Assembly (NCBI GenBank): GCA_041661445.1
Contig: JBAZUK010000001.1
Location: forward strand, 450,027 to 514,026
Direction of reading: 5' to 3'
DNA: 64,000 nt
Source of the DNA: Parachlamydiales bacterium
GTDB taxonomy: Bacteria > Chlamydiota > Chlamydiia > Chlamydiales > SM23-39
Shown here piece by piece: positions 28,773 to 39,119 of the stretch. A model generated the notes under the pieces. That model was not told where the DNA came from and ran no database searches. It was given only the letters and a program-made list of their open reading frames with translations. The stretch's first letter is position 1. The number at the start of each line of letters is the position of its first letter. Both the position numbers and the translations under genes were made by a program.

Positions 28773-29378
28773 TCAGGACTTTTGACTTGGCTGGTTTTTA
28801 TTTTGCATAGAAAAATTGTATTCATCAATCACGGAATTTTTCATCTTTTCAAGTAGTGGAATAAGATTTTTTTGTAGGTAAGTTATAAGATCTAACCAAA
28901 CCTGATAATCGCGTGGGCTAAGATTTTCTAATGTCATTCTATTTGGGCTTACACCGATTGCTTTTTGATCATCCATAATTAAAAGCAAGGAGCATTGATC
29001 GTAGTCTGTTTTATTAGGATGAGCTATATATGTATTTCCCACCCTTATTAGAAAGTTGTGAAAATCTAAAAGAGTTTTTGAAGCTTCTTTTAGATCACGT
29101 TCTATTTCTAATTTGAAATAACGAAACCCCGAGTCGTTCCAGCATTTTCGATAAAGGATAGTCAACGCATGAAAATGTTCGAACTCATGAGAAGGGTTTT
29201 GAATGTGATTTTTGATGGAATTTCGAATTTTAGACAAATCATTAAAAATGCAATATATGCCTATAAATTGCTTGGTTTTTGGAGAATCATAAGAAATTAA
29301 TTTATGAGTTTTTCCGTTTATTTCAATGACGGAAGGAAGTTGTATTTTATCACCTTTAGCTAGATTTATTATTGGCAT
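28773..29378 (-). CDS. Hypothetical protein
   Basis: 201-aa ORF with no recognisable motif. Confidence 0.4.
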   Translation of the reverse strand: MPIINLAKGDKIQLPSVIEINGKTHKLISYDSPKTKQFIGIYCIFNDLSKIRNSIKNHIQNPSHEFEHFHALTILYRKCWNDSGFRYFKLEIERDLKEASKTLLDFHNFLIRVGNTYIAHPNKTDYDQCSLLLIMDDQKAIGVSPNRMTLENLSPRDYQVWLDLITYLQKNLIPLLEKMKNSVIDEYNFSMQNKNQPSQKS

Positions 29379-29786
29379 GATATTTTTTGTCCTTTTATTT
29401 TTTTAGCCACTTCGCATATGCTCATCTTTGCTGCGTGAAAAGACTGCTGAACTAAACTTAGAACACAAATATCAAATTAAGTCTTACCTTTAATATGGTA
29501 CTAAAATTGGTTTCTAAAGTGCGAGTATTATTTGAGGATTCGAAGTTGATGAAAAATGTAAACTTTTGAGTTTTGTATTTCAGAACTTAGAATTAGCCAG
29601 TAAAACACTGCTTATAGATACTTATGAACCTTTTACAGCTATGATGAAGCACAAACAGTTTCCAACGAAATGGATTCTTTAAAAAAAACTTATCTTTTTT
29701 TGCTTGATTTACCGGATATAATTTCAATGGTTAAATTTTCAAAAGCAGTTTCATGCAATTCTAATAAATCGACAGTAATAAATAAA

Positions 29787-32700
29787 TTATTTTAAAGATA
29801 AATGAGGTTTTAAGTATCTCGCAGTGTAGGAAATTTTGTTTTTTATAATTTCTTCAGGCGATCCGGCAGCAACTATTTTTCCGCCTTTTTCTCCTGCATC
29901 AGGACCAATATCAATTATATAATCTGCATTTGCGATGACATCCAGATTGTGTTCAATGATGATAAGCGTATTGTTTTTGTCAGCCAATGCATGGAATATT
30001 TTAAGTAAGTTTTCAATGTCGATAAAATGCAGTCCGACAGTAGGCTCATCAAATATATACAATGTTCTGTTAGACCTTCTTTTTGATAATTCCTTAGCCA
30101 GTTTTAATCTTTGAGCTTCTCCTCCGGACAAAGTATTCAACTCTTGGCCAAGTTTTAAATAATTTAATCCGACATCTTTTAAAACATTTAGTTTTTTTAA
30201 GATTTTTGGAAAAGGTTCAAAAAATAATATTGCTTCATCGATAGTTAAATCCAGTATATGACCTATGTGCTTGTTTTTATAGGTGACTTCAAGTGAGATC
30301 GGATTTAACCTATATCCATGGCAGGCTTCGCATATAATGCTAAGAGGAGGAAGATATTGAAGATTGATTTTTTTATGACCTATGCCAAAACAGGTTTTAC
30401 ACATTCCTGATATATGATTGTAACTGAAATGTCTTGGTTTTAACCCTTTTGTCTTTGCTAGTAATAGATCCGCATATAAGGCTCTGATCAGTGGCATAGC
30501 TTCTGAATAAGTACCAACATCCGCCCTGATTGTTTGACCTATTGGGCTTTGATCAAGCGTAATTAATGAATCGAAATTTTTAAGTCCTGTTACTTTTGCA
30601 TGATCAAGCTCAATTGAATCTAATCTTTTTTTCATTGCAGAGGACGCGGCTTCTTTAATGATTTCCGATGCTAAGGTGGATTTTCCGCTGCCGGAGACTC
30701 CGGTTATGCAAGTGATTGCGTTTATCGGTATTTCAACATTGATATTTTTTAAATTATGAAGATTTGCATTTATGATTTTTAAAGGTCTCTCTGAGATGTT
30801 TCTTCTTTTTTTGGGGATATCTATGCTTTTTTTCCTGCTTAGATATTGACCGGTCAAAGAATCAGGATTGCTTATAATCTCATCATAACTTCCTCTGGCT
30901 AATATCTGACCGCCGTGAACTCCGGCTTTGGGTCCGAAATCAAGAATATAATCCGCCTGCTTTATTATCATTTCATCATGTTCGACTACAATCAAGGTGT
31001 TTCCAAGTTCTTTTAATTTATTTAAAGCTCTTGCAAGCAGGTAGGTATTATGCGGATGAAGACCTACTGTCGGTTCATCCAGAATATATATGCAGGAGCT
31101 TAGATACGATCCTAACTGTTTGGCCAGTCTGATTCTTTGCATTTCGCCACCGCTAAGAGTAGGCGCTGCTCTATCTAAAGAGATATAATCAAGACCTATT
31201 TCAATTAAAAAACCAAGAGAGAGTTTTATATGATTTAAAGTGTCTAAAAGAATTTTTTTGTTACTTTCATCGAGCTTGATCGAATCTATAAACTTATAAG
31301 CACTTTCAATAGAAAGAGAACAAAAATCTGTAATGGACAAATTATTGATTTTTACATTTCTTGCCAATGGGTTTAATCTTTTCCCGTTGCAGGCCGGACA
31401 TATTCTCTGATCCATTAAAGGAATTAAATATTCTTTTATTTGTCTAGTTGAGTGTTTTGCAAGTTCTGCGATTGTTTCATTTAAGCCCCTCCATCTGTAA
31501 GAGGCTTTTTTTACCTTATAGCTTATCTTGGAGCCGTTTAACAGAATTCCAAGGGTTTCTTCAGATAAATATTTAATTTTTTCATCAATATCGATTTTGA
31601 TGTTTTTAAAATAACTTCGAAGAAATTCGATTTCATCATCATTAAAAAAAATGTAAAAAACATCTATAATAGTAGCATTTTTAGCTTCGATCTTGGACAG
31701 TAAATCAGTTCCATATAAATAACCAAGTCCCTGGCATTCCAAACACATTCCTTTTTCTGAATTAAACGAGAAGGTCTGGGTTGTAATTGCAGGATAAGGT
31801 ATGCCGCTTTTTTCAGAGGAGAAAGATAGATTGAAAAAGAGATCTTCTTTTTCTTTTGCAATTACAATTTTTCCATCTGAGAATTTTTTTGCAATATTAA
31901 TAGCTTCAAGAAGTCTTGGTTTTATGTTTTTTGATACTTTAAGCCTGTCAACAACTAGGAAAATCTCATTTTTTATGCTCGAATCAAAAGTAATTTCTTC
32001 ATCTAAATTATAATAGTTTTTGTTCAATCGGATTCTTAGAAAACCAAGTTTTGTCAATCTTGTTTTTAATTCGCTGAAATTATCATTTGATTTTAATTCT
32101 ATTGGAGCTAAAACCTGTATTTTCTCGTCTTCTTTGAGCGATAAAATGTTATCAAGGATATATTCCGGACTAATGTTTTTTATTCTTTCATTTGTCTGAG
32201 GACAGTAAGCTTCTCCTATATGTGAATATATAATTCTTAAGTAATCAAAAATTTCTGTAATTGTTCCAACAGTAGATCTTGGGTTAAGCAGATGCGCTTT
32301 TTGTTCTATCGAGATTGGGGGAAAAATATTTTCAATTTTTTCAACGGAAGGTCTTTGGGCTTTTGTTAGGAACTGTCTTGAGAAAGTGTCTAATGATTCC
32401 ATATATCTGATTTGACCTTCCTGATATATGGTATCAAAAGCAAGAGAAGTTTTTCCGGAGCCGGATGGGCCTGTGAAAATTGTCATTTTACCATGCGGAA
32501 TTTCAGCTGATATGTTTTTTAAATTGTTCTGTGTGGCATTTCGAATAATTAAATTTTTAAGCAAATCTTTTGATTTTGGGGAAGGTTTTGATTTTAATTT
32601 CTCTTCGACCATGGCTTTTTTTAAAGCAAGACCTGTATTGTTTCCCGTTTTTATTATTTCCTCTACTCTTCCCTGGAATAGAATTTCACCGCCTTCTTTT

Positions 32701-35423
32701 CCGCCTTTAGGCCCCAGATCAATGACCCAATCAGCTGTTTTAACCAGATCCATATTGTGCTCAACGATAATTACCGTGTTGTTCTGATCAACTAGTTTTT
32801 GCAGGATCTGAATCAGCTTTTCAATGTCATAAAAATGTAATCCGGTAGTTGGCTCGTCCAATATATAAACTGTGTGGCCTTTGGTTGGTCTGATTAATTC
32901 TTTGGCCAGCTTAATCCTTTGAGCTTCTCCACCCGATAAGGTAGTAGCGCTTTGTCCAATCGGCAGATATCCAAGACCTACTGCATTTAAGAGATCGAGC
33001 TTATGCTTGATATGAGGGATGGCTTCAAAAAAAGAAGAAGCCTCATTGATGTCCATCTCTAAAACATCAAAGATATTTTTGTCTTTGTAATAAATTGATA
33101 AAATTTCCGGCGAAAATCTTTTTCCATGACATTGCATGCATGTGCTTGAGGCATCTTCCATGAAGTCCATATCTATTTTAACAAAACCGAGCCCCTTGCA
33201 ATATGAGCAGGTCCCTTCTTTAACATTAAAAGAAAAATGGGATGGTAAAAATCCCTTCATTTTGCTCTCGGGTAAAGTTGAAAATAATTCTCTTATATCA
33301 TCGAAAAGTTTAGTGTAGGTTGCTGGATTAGATCTTATAGTTCGGCCGATAGGAGATTGGTCAACAAAAATGATTTTATCAACTTTTTCTATTCCCAGTA
33401 TTTTTTCATATTCACCGCAATCTTGGCTGGTTTTGGTTAAAAAATTAGAAATTGCAGGAAATAAGGTGTCTGAGATAAGAGAAGATTTCCCTGAACCGGA
33501 AACTCCTGTGATGCAGGTCAAAGTGTTTAAATAAATCGATAGATCTATATTTTTTAGATTGTTGTGACGGCATTTTGTTAATGTAATTTTATCATCAGAT
33601 GAGATTTTTCTTTTTGGGTAATCGGGAATTTTTCTTTTATATGATAAATACTGGCCGGTTAAGGAATTTTTAGCTTTTATTATGTCCTCAACTTTTCCAA
33701 CAGCAATGATTTCGCCGCCTTCTTTTCCAGCTTTCGGTCCAATGTCCACGATGGTGTCGGCTGCAAGAATAGTATCTTTGTCATGTTCAACTACAATTAC
33801 GGTGTTTTTTGCATTTTTCAAAGCAATTAAAGTGGCAATTAATTTGTTGTGATCAAATGGATGCAGCCCGATAGAAGGTTCATCTAAAACATATGTCGTG
33901 CCGCTAAGATTTGATCCTATTTGAGCGGCTAGTCTGACCCTTTGTGATTCGCCGCCGCTAAGCGTTGGAGACATTCGATCGATCGTCAGATAATGCAAAC
34001 CGACATTAATCAGAAAATTTAATTTTTTTGTTATTTCAAAAACCAGATCTTTTGAAATAAAATTTTCATCCGAGGTTAATTTTAGATTTTTAAAAAAATC
34101 TAGGGCTTCAACAATAGTTAAGGCTGAAACTTCCTGGATTTTTTTATCATTTATCGTAGTATTGGCGGGGTATGGATTGATCCTGGCTCCCTTACAGTTA
34201 TCGCAAAGCATTTTTGTCATTAATGCCTGCATGTGCTTTCTATAAATATCGCTAGTTGCAATATTCAATCTTTTATGAGCCTCATTGATAACCCCTTTCC
34301 ATGAGACGAATTCCACCCAGCTGCTGTTTTTTTTGGGATGGACAAATTTCATTTTCAGCCATTTTTCATCGGTGCCGTATAAAAAAACTTTCTTAGCTTT
34401 ATCCGGGAGGTTTTTCCAAGGTGTTTTGGTTGAAAATTTATAGATTTTGGCTAAATTATCGTAAATGTTTTTATACCTCACGGTATTATAATGTCCTGCT
34501 ATAGAGCAGCAATCTTCTGAGATGCTCAGATCCGAATTTATGATTTTTTCAAGATCAAACTCATACACATAAGCCAATCCCTGACATTTTTTACACATCC
34601 CATCGGGATGATTGAATGAAAAATCCTGCGGTTTCAATGCATTGTAGGAAAGACCTGACTTGGGACTGAAAGCATATTCAGAAAAAAGTTTTTCCTCGCC
34701 GTTGTCGGGGTCTAAAATTATTAACGTTCCTTTTGACAGGTCCATTGCTAAAGCAATGGCTTCATTTAATCGGGAAGAATCATTTTTGTCTGTTTTGATC
34801 CGGTCGACGACTATTTCCAGATCATGCTCTTTTTTTGGATCAAATGCCTGATTTTCGGAAAGATCATAGATTTTTTGATCGACCCTTATTTTTGTGAATC
34901 CTTTTTTTTGAATCTCGGAAAGCTCATCTTTGAGAGAACTTTTTTTGTTTTTTATGTAGGGACTCAAAATAATAATTTTTTTGTCCATATATAAGTTTTC
35001 AATAGAAGATAATATTTTTTCTCTGCTTTGAGGTTTGACGATTTCATTACTGATAGGACAATGAGGTATTCCTATTTTTGAATATAATACTCTCAAGTAA
35101 TCATAAATCCCTGTTATAGTACCGACAGTAGACCTGGGCGTTTTCAAAACAGTTTTTTGTTCGATCGCTATAGTAGGTGAAAGTCCCTGGATGACTTCAG
35201 CATCGGGTTTGCTTGTCTCCTCGACAAATCTTTTTAAGGAAGAGGGCAGTGTTTCGATATATCTTCTTTGACCTTCCAAAAAAATTGTGTCAAATGCTAA
35301 AGACGACTTTCCCGATCCCGAAACCCCCGTGAATACTATTAATTCGTATGGATTTAAGGTTAGATCAACATTTTTAAGGTTATGTACTTTAACCTTTTTT
35401 AAAACAATTTGACGATTATTCAA
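29787..35423 (-). CDS. uvrA: Excinuclease ABC subunit A, tandem-duplicated (two complete UvrA units in one polypeptide)
   Basis: 1878 aa. The first unit starts at VHNLKNVDL...FTGVSGSGKSSLAFDTIFLEGQRRY. The second starts near residue 945 with NNLKNISAE...FTGPSGSGKTSLAFDTIYQEGQIRY. There are four Walker A sites, four LSGGE signatures and several CxxC zinc modules. Confidence 0.95.
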   Translation of the reverse strand: MNNRQIVLKKVKVHNLKNVDLTLNPYELIVFTGVSGSGKSSLAFDTIFLEGQRRYIETLPSSLKRFVEETSKPDAEVIQGLSPTIAIEQKTVLKTPRSTVGTITGIYDYLRVLYSKIGIPHCPISNEIVKPQSREKILSSIENLYMDKKIIILSPYIKNKKSSLKDELSEIQKKGFTKIRVDQKIYDLSENQAFDPKKEHDLEIVVDRIKTDKNDSSRLNEAIALAMDLSKGTLIILDPDNGEEKLFSEYAFSPKSGLSYNALKPQDFSFNHPDGMCKKCQGLAYVYEFDLEKIINSDLSISEDCCSIAGHYNTVRYKNIYDNLAKIYKFSTKTPWKNLPDKAKKVFLYGTDEKWLKMKFVHPKKNSSWVEFVSWKGVINEAHKRLNIATSDIYRKHMQALMTKMLCDNCKGARINPYPANTTINDKKIQEVSALTIVEALDFFKNLKLTSDENFISKDLVFEITKKLNFLINVGLHYLTIDRMSPTLSGGESQRVRLAAQIGSNLSGTTYVLDEPSIGLHPFDHNKLIATLIALKNAKNTVIVVEHDKDTILAADTIVDIGPKAGKEGGEIIAVGKVEDIIKAKNSLTGQYLSYKRKIPDYPKRKISSDDKITLTKCRHNNLKNIDLSIYLNTLTCITGVSGSGKSSLISDTLFPAISNFLTKTSQDCGEYEKILGIEKVDKIIFVDQSPIGRTIRSNPATYTKLFDDIRELFSTLPESKMKGFLPSHFSFNVKEGTCSYCKGLGFVKIDMDFMEDASSTCMQCHGKRFSPEILSIYYKDKNIFDVLEMDINEASSFFEAIPHIKHKLDLLNAVGLGYLPIGQSATTLSGGEAQRIKLAKELIRPTKGHTVYILDEPTTGLHFYDIEKLIQILQKLVDQNNTVIIVEHNMDLVKTADWVIDLGPKGGKEGGEILFQGRVEEIIKTGNNTGLALKKAMVEEKLKSKPSPKSKDLLKNLIIRNATQNNLKNISAEIPHGKMTIFTGPSGSGKTSLAFDTIYQEGQIRYMESLDTFSRQFLTKAQRPSVEKIENIFPPISIEQKAHLLNPRSTVGTITEIFDYLRIIYSHIGEAYCPQTNERIKNISPEYILDNILSLKEDEKIQVLAPIELKSNDNFSELKTRLTKLGFLRIRLNKNYYNLDEEITFDSSIKNEIFLVVDRLKVSKNIKPRLLEAINIAKKFSDGKIVIAKEKEDLFFNLSFSSEKSGIPYPAITTQTFSFNSEKGMCLECQGLGYLYGTDLLSKIEAKNATIIDVFYIFFNDDEIEFLRSYFKNIKIDIDEKIKYLSEETLGILLNGSKISYKVKKASYRWRGLNETIAELAKHSTRQIKEYLIPLMDQRICPACNGKRLNPLARNVKINNLSITDFCSLSIESAYKFIDSIKLDESNKKILLDTLNHIKLSLGFLIEIGLDYISLDRAAPTLSGGEMQRIRLAKQLGSYLSSCIYILDEPTVGLHPHNTYLLARALNKLKELGNTLIVVEHDEMIIKQADYILDFGPKAGVHGGQILARGSYDEIISNPDSLTGQYLSRKKSIDIPKKRRNISERPLKIINANLHNLKNINVEIPINAITCITGVSGSGKSTLASEIIKEAASSAMKKRLDSIELDHAKVTGLKNFDSLITLDQSPIGQTIRADVGTYSEAMPLIRALYADLLLAKTKGLKPRHFSYNHISGMCKTCFGIGHKKINLQYLPPLSIICEACHGYRLNPISLEVTYKNKHIGHILDLTIDEAILFFEPFPKILKKLNVLKDVGLNYLKLGQELNTLSGGEAQRLKLAKELSKRRSNRTLYIFDEPTVGLHFIDIENLLKIFHALADKNNTLIIIEHNLDVIANADYIIDIGPDAGEKGGKIVAAGSPEEIIKNKISYTARYLKPHLSLK

Positions 35424-35503
35424 TTTTCTTATAATTGTAAAGTAAGTATTTAATATATAGAATAGTATATCTTTTTGAGAATAAACAAAAAATTAAAAAA
35501 TTT

Positions 35504-37255
35504 ATGAACATACATACTAAAATTATTTGTACTATCGGTCCTGCAACAAAATCAAAAGAAATGATTTTAAAATTGATCAATTCAGGAATGAATGTTGCAA
35601 GAATAAATTTTTCTCATGGAACTAAAGAAGAGCATCTTATAACTATAAAATATTTAAAGGAAGCGAGAGAAGAAACAAAAAAACCGCTTGCAATCCTTTT
35701 GGATACAAAAGGTCCTGAAATTCGAATCGGCAAACTGAAAAATGATATTTTGAATATTCAGGCAAAACAAAGAATCAAGCTCATCCAAAGCAATCCTATT
35801 GATGAATACGATGTGCCGATTACTCCATTTGATGTAATAAAAGTATTAAAACCTTCACAGAAAATGCTTTTCGATGATGGATACTTAATTGGAAGTGTTG
35901 TCGAAGTCCATAAGGATTATGCAATTGTTGAAATCCAAAATAATGGAATTTTAAAAAATAGAAAAAATGTAAATATTCCCGGTGTGAAGCTTCCTTTGCC
36001 TGCAGTAACTTTGCAGGATATTGAAGATTTGAATTTTGGATGCGAAAATGATATTGATATCGTAGCAGCTTCTTTTGTCAGGTCTGCAGAACATGTATTG
36101 GAAATAAAAAAAATTTTAGAAAAGAATCAAAAAAGCGATATTCTTGTAATTGCGAAAATTGAAAGCAGCGAGGGTATTGAAAATTTTGACGAGATTGTCG
36201 AAGTTGCTGATGGAATCATGGTAGCAAGAGGGGATTTAGGTGTTGATGTTGACCTTTCTTTAGTACCCAAACTTCAAAAGTCAATGGTAGTCAAATGCTA
36301 TGAAGCCTCAAAACCGGTGGTAATCGCTACTCAGATGCTAGAGTCAATGATCAATAATCCAAGGCCGACAAGAGCAGAAGTATCGGATGTAGCAAATGCT
36401 ATTTATGAAAGCGCATCTTGTGTAATGCTATCAGGAGAAACAGCGTCTGGAAAATATCCTATCGAAACTGTTATGCAAATGAAGGAAATAATTAAGCAGA
36501 CTGAAGATGATTTTGATTATAAAGGTTTTTTTTATAAAGAAGCGCATGTTGAATATGAAGATGTTTCTTCATCGGTGGCTGTTGCCGCTGTAAAAACAGC
36601 CTATAGTTCCGGAGCAAAAACAATTTTTGCAATAACTAGAACCGGCTTTACAACTCGAATGCTAACAAGATTAAGACCTAAGTTTCCAATAATAGCTTTG
36701 ACCAAAAGTGAAAAAAAATATCATCAGCTCTCATTTTTCTGGGGTGTAATTCCTATTTTTTCAAAAAATTGGGAAAACGAAAGACAGGCATTTGATATAA
36801 TGAGCAGATTCGCAATGGAAAATGATATCATAAGTTTTGGTGATTTTGTTGTTATAGTTTCCTCATTTCCTTTTGATAAAAGAGGAATTACAAACTTAAT
36901 GTTAGTTGAAAGTATAGGAAATATTTTGGTCAGAGGTAAGAGCGGATTCGGAGATAAAACTGAAGGTAAAATTGCTATTATAATGAGCTTAAATGGAGAT
37001 AGTCTGGAAAAAGCCAAAAACAAAATACTGGTTATTTCAAAATGTGATGTTAGATATCTTCCTTTATTTAAAGCGGCAAAGGGAGTAATCCTCCAAAATA
37101 GAATGGCTGATGACTCTTCAGAAAAAAGTGCGATCTCGATGGCTCAAAATCTTAATTTGCCGATAATTGTCGGTGCAAAGCATGCTATTGATATTTTAAT
37201 TGACGATGAGCTTATTTGGCTTGATCCTAAAAAAGCTCTTGTTTTCAAGAGTTAA
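35504..37255 (+). CDS. pyk: Pyruvate kinase with an extra C-terminal PEP-utilizer mobile-domain-like extension
   Basis: ARINFSHG, LDTKGPEIR, MVARGDLGV and MLSGETA, plus a ~100-aa C-terminal extension ending ...LNLPIIVGAKHAIDIL. Confidence 0.93.
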   Translation: MNIHTKIICTIGPATKSKEMILKLINSGMNVARINFSHGTKEEHLITIKYLKEAREETKKPLAILLDTKGPEIRIGKLKNDILNIQAKQRIKLIQSNPIDEYDVPITPFDVIKVLKPSQKMLFDDGYLIGSVVEVHKDYAIVEIQNNGILKNRKNVNIPGVKLPLPAVTLQDIEDLNFGCENDIDIVAASFVRSAEHVLEIKKILEKNQKSDILVIAKIESSEGIENFDEIVEVADGIMVARGDLGVDVDLSLVPKLQKSMVVKCYEASKPVVIATQMLESMINNPRPTRAEVSDVANAIYESASCVMLSGETASGKYPIETVMQMKEIIKQTEDDFDYKGFFYKEAHVEYEDVSSSVAVAAVKTAYSSGAKTIFAITRTGFTTRMLTRLRPKFPIIALTKSEKKYHQLSFFWGVIPIFSKNWENERQAFDIMSRFAMENDIISFGDFVVIVSSFPFDKRGITNLMLVESIGNILVRGKSGFGDKTEGKIAIIMSLNGDSLEKAKNKILVISKCDVRYLPLFKAAKGVILQNRMADDSSEKSAISMAQNLNLPIIVGAKHAIDILIDDELIWLDPKKALVFKS

Positions 37256-37961
37256 TCAGATTGGAAATTAGATTAACAGATGCTATGGCAGCGGTTTCCG
37301 CTCTTAAAATATTACCATTTAACTTAACGGCTATAGCTTTTAAATTCTGTTTTATATAATTTACATCTTCTTTTGAGAAACCTTTTTCAGGGCCAATAAT
37401 AATAAATATGTCTTTATCAGTTTTTTCATATTGATTGATCAATCTTTTGGCGTTTGCATCCACATCGCCGTAATAAAAAATGCCATCTGTATTTTCGATT
37501 TCATTTAGTGAATCAAAAACCTTTATAGTAGGCAGATATAGGCTTCCGCATTGTTTTATTGCAGATATCAATATTAAATTCATTCTATCTAATTTGTTTT
37601 GAGAAAGATTTATTTCATCTGAATTTTTTGAATTAAAAAACCAAAATTCAGAGCAGCCAAGTTCGGTGCACTTCTCTAAAATCAATTCCAGTTTTTGAGA
37701 TCTTAGTAGAGCTTGTATGAGAACTATTTTCTGTTTTTTTCTTTCCTCGAAAAAAACATTTTCTATGGATGCTTTTACAGCATCTTTTTTTATATCAGTT
37801 ATTCTGGCTATAGCCAAATTACCGCTTCCATTAATCACTTCGATCAGATCATCAATATTTTTTCGCATAATGGTTCGGATATGTACAGCTTCGCTGCCAT
37901 CTACTGAAATCCGAGAATTTTTCTTAAGATCCTGATTGGTATAATATCTATCTTTAGGCAT
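37245..37961 (-). CDS. rsmE: 16S rRNA (uracil1498-N3)-methyltransferase
   Basis: 238 aa. RsmE/SPOUT C-terminal motifs IIIGPEKGFSKEDV and LNGNILRAETAAIAS. Its 3' end overlaps the pyk 3' end (convergent genes). Confidence 0.85.
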   Translation of the reverse strand: MPKDRYYTNQDLKKNSRISVDGSEAVHIRTIMRKNIDDLIEVINGSGNLAIARITDIKKDAVKASIENVFFEERKKQKIVLIQALLRSQKLELILEKCTELGCSEFWFFNSKNSDEINLSQNKLDRMNLILISAIKQCGSLYLPTIKVFDSLNEIENTDGIFYYGDVDANAKRLINQYEKTDKDIFIIIGPEKGFSKEDVNYIKQNLKAIAVKLNGNILRAETAAIASVNLISNLINS

Positions 37962-38028
37962 ATGTTATATAATAAGAAATTTGTGAAAAAAAATAAATTA
38001 TTAATCTCAGAAACTAATGTATTCAGTT

Positions 38029-38913
38029 TCAGATATTCCACTCATCAAAATTCTCTAACAAAGCTGGTTCATCTAACATTTCGGGTTCACCTGATTGTGT
38101 TGATTCCATGGCAGTAATTATGTCTTCTCTTTTATCTGAGATCTTTTCTCTGGTATCTAATACAGAGTTATCTTCAAAGATTTTTTCAGGATCTGCTCCA
38201 GATTCAAAAATTTCACAGGCATTATAAAAATGTACACCGCAATTATAACTGTCTTTTTGTATTTCTCTAGTATTTTGAAGTAATTTCCAACCATTAAGAC
38301 TTTTATCTTGAATATCACTATTAACTGCCATATCCGATAATATTCCATAAATTTTACTCCAAGATTCACTGATAGTATCACAGGTAGTTGGATAAGATAT
38401 TTTTCTATTCTTTAAATCACTTATGGTTTGACCTTTAGGATCGAAAAAGACCATTTGTCTTTTTTTAAAATTTATTCCTAAAAATATTATATGATCTCTA
38501 AATAATCCTTTAGTTATTATTGGTAGTATTAAAGATTTGCCTTCATTTTTTGCTTGTTTGAAAGTTGAGCTTTCTATTCCAAATGATAGTTTTGATTTTT
38601 TTTTTGCTCTGCCGCTTATGAAATTTAAAGTATTAAGTCCTAGCGTCTTATATTTACTAATGTTTTCGCGCTCTTTTTTGGATAATTTTGACTCAGGATT
38701 TATTTTTAACTTTCTGCCTGGCAATATGCTAAATAAACTTTTTTGTAATAGTTTTGCAGTTTCATATAAAATATAGGCAAGACCGCAAGTAAAAAAATAA
38801 ATGGAATATTTTAGTATTTTTTGTTTGGTGGAAAGAGCAGAGGGAAGAAGCGATAGGTTATCAGTTATAGGAGTTATTAAATAATTTTTATTATTAATTG
38901 CTGATATTGTCAT
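38029..38913 (-). CDS. Membrane-anchored CE-clan (Ulp1/C48, ChlaDub-like) cysteine protease, putative effector
   Basis: N-terminal TM segment ILKYSIYFFTCGLAYILY. His/Asp region RDHIIFLGINFKKRQMVFFDPKG, then Gln/Cys motif QKDSYNCGVHFY, matching the H-D-Q-C arrangement of the CE clan. Confidence 0.6.
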   Translation of the reverse strand: MTISAINNKNYLITPITDNLSLLPSALSTKQKILKYSIYFFTCGLAYILYETAKLLQKSLFSILPGRKLKINPESKLSKKERENISKYKTLGLNTLNFISGRAKKKSKLSFGIESSTFKQAKNEGKSLILPIITKGLFRDHIIFLGINFKKRQMVFFDPKGQTISDLKNRKISYPTTCDTISESWSKIYGILSDMAVNSDIQDKSLNGWKLLQNTREIQKDSYNCGVHFYNACEIFESGADPEKIFEDNSVLDTREKISDKREDIITAMESTQSGEPEMLDEPALLENFDEWNI

Positions 38914-39119
38914 TTTATTACCATTAATGTTTAAATTATAACTTATAATTATAATACATTTTATAATAATAATAAATATAAAATTAATGTTGTTGTGGTT
39001 TGTTTAATTAATTTATGGACTTAGAGAAGAAAAGTAATAATAATTTTTTTATTTGAACGAATAATCTTTAATCTTAAACATTATAATAATTTCTTTAGAA
39101 TAATTTAAAATTATTTTTA

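Noticed and set aside
32428-32787. A 119-aa plus-strand ORF, together with similar ORFs at 31801-32013, 33136-33318, 34660-34851 and 31664-31861, all inside uvrA.
   Set aside because: They are embedded in, or antisense to, a long, motif-rich UvrA reading frame. Their composition is low-complexity, and they are shadow ORFs typical of AT-rich DNA.
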